From: Eledone cirrhosa
Taxonomy: Eukaryota
Length of the DNA stretch: 64,000 bases
Direction of reading: 5' to 3'
Assembly: GCA_964016885.1 (NCBI GenBank)
Contig: OZ024748.1
Location: 55,428,001-55,492,000, forward strand
Part shown: positions 61,276 to 64,000 of the stretch, piece after piece
How positions within the stretch are numbered: position 1 is the first letter of the stretch
Layout: every line of letters starts with the position of its first letter
The notes under the pieces: model-generated
What the model saw: the letters and a program-made list of their open reading frames with translations, nothing else
What the model was told of the DNA's origin: nothing
Database searches by the model: none
Made by a program: the position numbers and the translations under genes

Positions 61276-61280
<5 letters not shown>
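60676..61280 (+). mobile_element. 3' non-coding/pLTR region of the Penelope-like element, ending at (TA)n
   Basis: Follows the GIY-YIG stop. Its distal ~240 bp recur independently at 14946-15228. Confidence 0.8.
61088..61122 (+). ncRNA. Minimal hammerhead variant (family H3) in the pLTR
   Basis: CCT-CCGAAGA-A-GAGAT(att)ATCTC-GAAA-AT-TA-AGG: stems I and II pair, palindromic AATT stem III, CCGA instead of CUGA. Same core at 15073. Confidence 0.6.
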
Positions 61281-61315
<35 letters not shown>

Positions 61316-62029
61316 TCTTGTATTCAGCCATGTGGGGCGATACAATTATTTGTTAGTTATTTGACTATGGCAAAGCCGGCTATTAATCGCACGTATACAT
61401 AAAACTGACGGGCCTATCAGCTGATATGCAAATCTGGCTGCTCAGTGGATCTGCTAGGTGGCGAGATGGCCGTGTCGTTAAAACGTCAATAAGAACGCTT
61501 TGCGGGGTTCCGTTTTGGTTTTCTGCGCTGTGTGTTCAAATACTGCAAATTTGAAATTTGTCTTTTTTTCTTCTCATATTCTCTCCTCAGATCTAGCGGG
61601 AAGAATTGGTTTGACAACGTTTAATCTCCAATACACCCCTCCTTCTCTACGAACCCATTTGGAGTTCAGAACCCAGAGATGAATATAAGTTAAAATTAAA
61701 TTAATTAAATGCAGGCCTGAACGAAAGCTGCTATTTCAAACACCCTAGATAACCATATCTCACGATCTGTTTAGAAATACATACATAATATTAAAGTGCA
61801 GTGTAAGAGATATTTGGTTGCTAAACCTGAATGATCAAAACCGGATCTAGAGCACACACTAAGTGAATATACAGAAATATAAATGTTCAGAAAGAGGACG
61901 GCTCCGGCAGAACCTGGTGTGGAGAGATATGGGGCTGCCCCAGAAACAGATTATTTTATTCAGTTAATACAGCTTTCAATATTGTTAATACATTAAATAA
62001 AGATGAGTAGTCTTCAGACCAGCGGGGCA

Positions 62030-62140
62030 ATGGGAAATAAAGCGTCTTGCTGAAGTAGATACCGCGCCGCTTGGTGCTAGCAGGAATCAAACTCATGACC
62101 TTACGATCGTGAACCAAACAACCTAACCATTAAGACGTCT
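62030..62140 (-). mobile_element. Head of a different tRNA-derived SINE family (degraded)
   Basis: Minus strand TAATGGTTAGG...GAGTTTGATTCC (A/B-box-like), followed by CAGCAAGACGCTTT. Confidence 0.5.
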
Positions 62141-62412
62141 TCACAAAGTATAAAACAATAACGTTTTATTTCAGGGGGGTTTCACCGCTATGTCTACAAG
62201 CTTACTGTATCGTTAGGTCATAAACACATATAGCCCTACATAAGATGGTAGGGTGTGTTTTGTGAGAGATTTGCCTGCTATAAATAATATTAAGATTAAG
62301 ATAAACGAATGCTGCTATATCTATCAGGTCAAGATACTCTGTAAATTTCCCATTTACTGGCTTATGGACAAACAAACAAACACAGACAGACACACACACA
62401 CACACACACACG

Positions 62413-62464
<52 letters not shown>

Positions 62465-63759
62465 ACACTTGGGTGTGATCTAAGCGATATTTCTTTATTA
62501 TTTTAATTAGTTTTAGCTACAATTTAGAAACGCATACACTTTTCTCTACTTATAAATAATATTAAGATTAAGATAAACGGGCGGGTTTCTTTACGCGCAA
62601 GCACACGTTCTAAAAATAGGGTAATAATTACGCCTTAGTTATGTGTGTTTGTGTATCTGTGACTGGGGTTGTATAATGAATCATGTACGAAATTGTCGTG
62701 TAGATAAACATTTTGTAGCCTCGCTATGAATTTGAGAAGCGGTGATTTATACCGCACTAGTGTTCGGTAAACAACGGAGAGTACCGGATAAAGAATATAT
62801 ATAATCATTGGTGAATTCTTGTTGAAGATTGGGAGGTTAACACGGTTAAAAATGTACTTAATACGTTGGTAGAACATAGGAATCTTAGGTAGAAATTACT
62901 TCTACAGAACTTATGTGATCAATGTGCTAATACAATCTGTCCCTGAATATAGGAGACGCTGTCTCATCAGGCGCTGGGGTAAACCTGTAGTTGTTTTGGC
63001 CCTTTCCACTCCTATACCCGAACTTTCGAGGTTTCCAGGGCCACACACTGACGAAGGCGACGAAGCTCTTACGCAGAAGCAGAATGTTAGTTATGTCTGA
63101 TGATATGACTCCGAGCGAGATGTTTCCATTGACCTAAATGTATCAGGCGATCCCTTCACATCAGGGAGACCACAATGCCTCCTTCCATTTTCCAAAGCTT
63201 TAGTTGGCTGGCCCCTATGCCTAATTTTCTTTCCATCCGACCTTTTGCTGAATAATAAACTCCTCCCAAGATAGACACTGACCGTGTTGACCACAATACA
63301 CTAGGGGCACATAGTAACTTCTCACTTTCCCCTTTATTTTCTGCTGGATGAGTGCCACTCTTCACGCCTTATAATTTGTAGAGTTGTACGGTCCGAATTG
63401 ACAACTTACACGAATCTGTTTAATTATTATTACATATCATTTCTTGAATTAAATTTTGAAATATAATTGCAATACTGTTCTCGATGATTCGAGCAAGCTT
63501 GCAAAATAACAAATTGTATGTAAATATTTTCTTGTAATGTCGACAGTTTCTAAACAATAATAACCAATGGTCTACCGTTTGTATAAAAGCAACAATCACT
63601 AATTATTATCATTCTAATTATGGTGAGGAAGGTATTGCATGTCCATACATTTATTTAAACATGTCACAGCCAGAAACACAATGCACTTTATAGATTACGC
63701 TCACATAGACAGACACACACATACATATATATATATTTGTATGTATACATATGTATAGG

Positions 63760-63790
<31 letters not shown>

Positions 63791-63875
63791 GTATGTATGT
63801 ATATATATATATGTATCTATATACTTCATCTTAACACGTTAGGTGAATATATTTTTCAGTTTCTCTTTGTATTAG

Positions 63876-63921
<46 letters not shown>

Positions 63922-64000
63922 GTATAAGTATGCATGCATTGATTGCGTGTCAAACAAGCTGTGAGTGACGTGGTACAGACAGAAATTACTTAAACAATTA

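Noticed and set aside
62950-63110. Several CTGANGA words (62963 minus, 63048, 63097) and a similar one at 3252 minus
   Set aside because: No correctly placed GAAA, stem III or stem I.

Overview
Very AT-rich, microsatellite-saturated eukaryotic non-coding DNA, most consistent with an octopus (coleoid cephalopod) genome, judging by the dominant tRNA-derived SINE and the repeat landscape. I cannot confirm the taxon from sequence alone. There is no intact protein-coding gene. Nearly all listed ORFs are translations of (TA)n, (CA)n, (GA)n or (ATC)n repeats. Supported content: about 30 copies or fragments of one tRNA-headed SINE, often in tandem arrays; several RTE-clade LINE fragments, one with a twin-priming-type inversion; a non-autonomous RTE-derived element with three alternative 3' tails; a Penelope-like element (PLE) remnant (RT C-terminus, GIY-YIG, pLTR); a degraded R4/Dong-like LINE; and hAT and Tc1/mariner MITEs. 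The most notable signal is about a dozen type-I hammerhead-ribozyme (HHR) motifs from at least five sequence families. They sit in short non-coding modules embedded in or beside (TA)n tracts and are often arranged as inverted repeats. One family shows stem II covariation. Two near-perfect spacer-less palindromes (868 bp and 244 bp) are centred on (TA)n. A few possible small minus-strand exons are noted as speculative. All coordinates were read by eye, so element boundaries are approximate.
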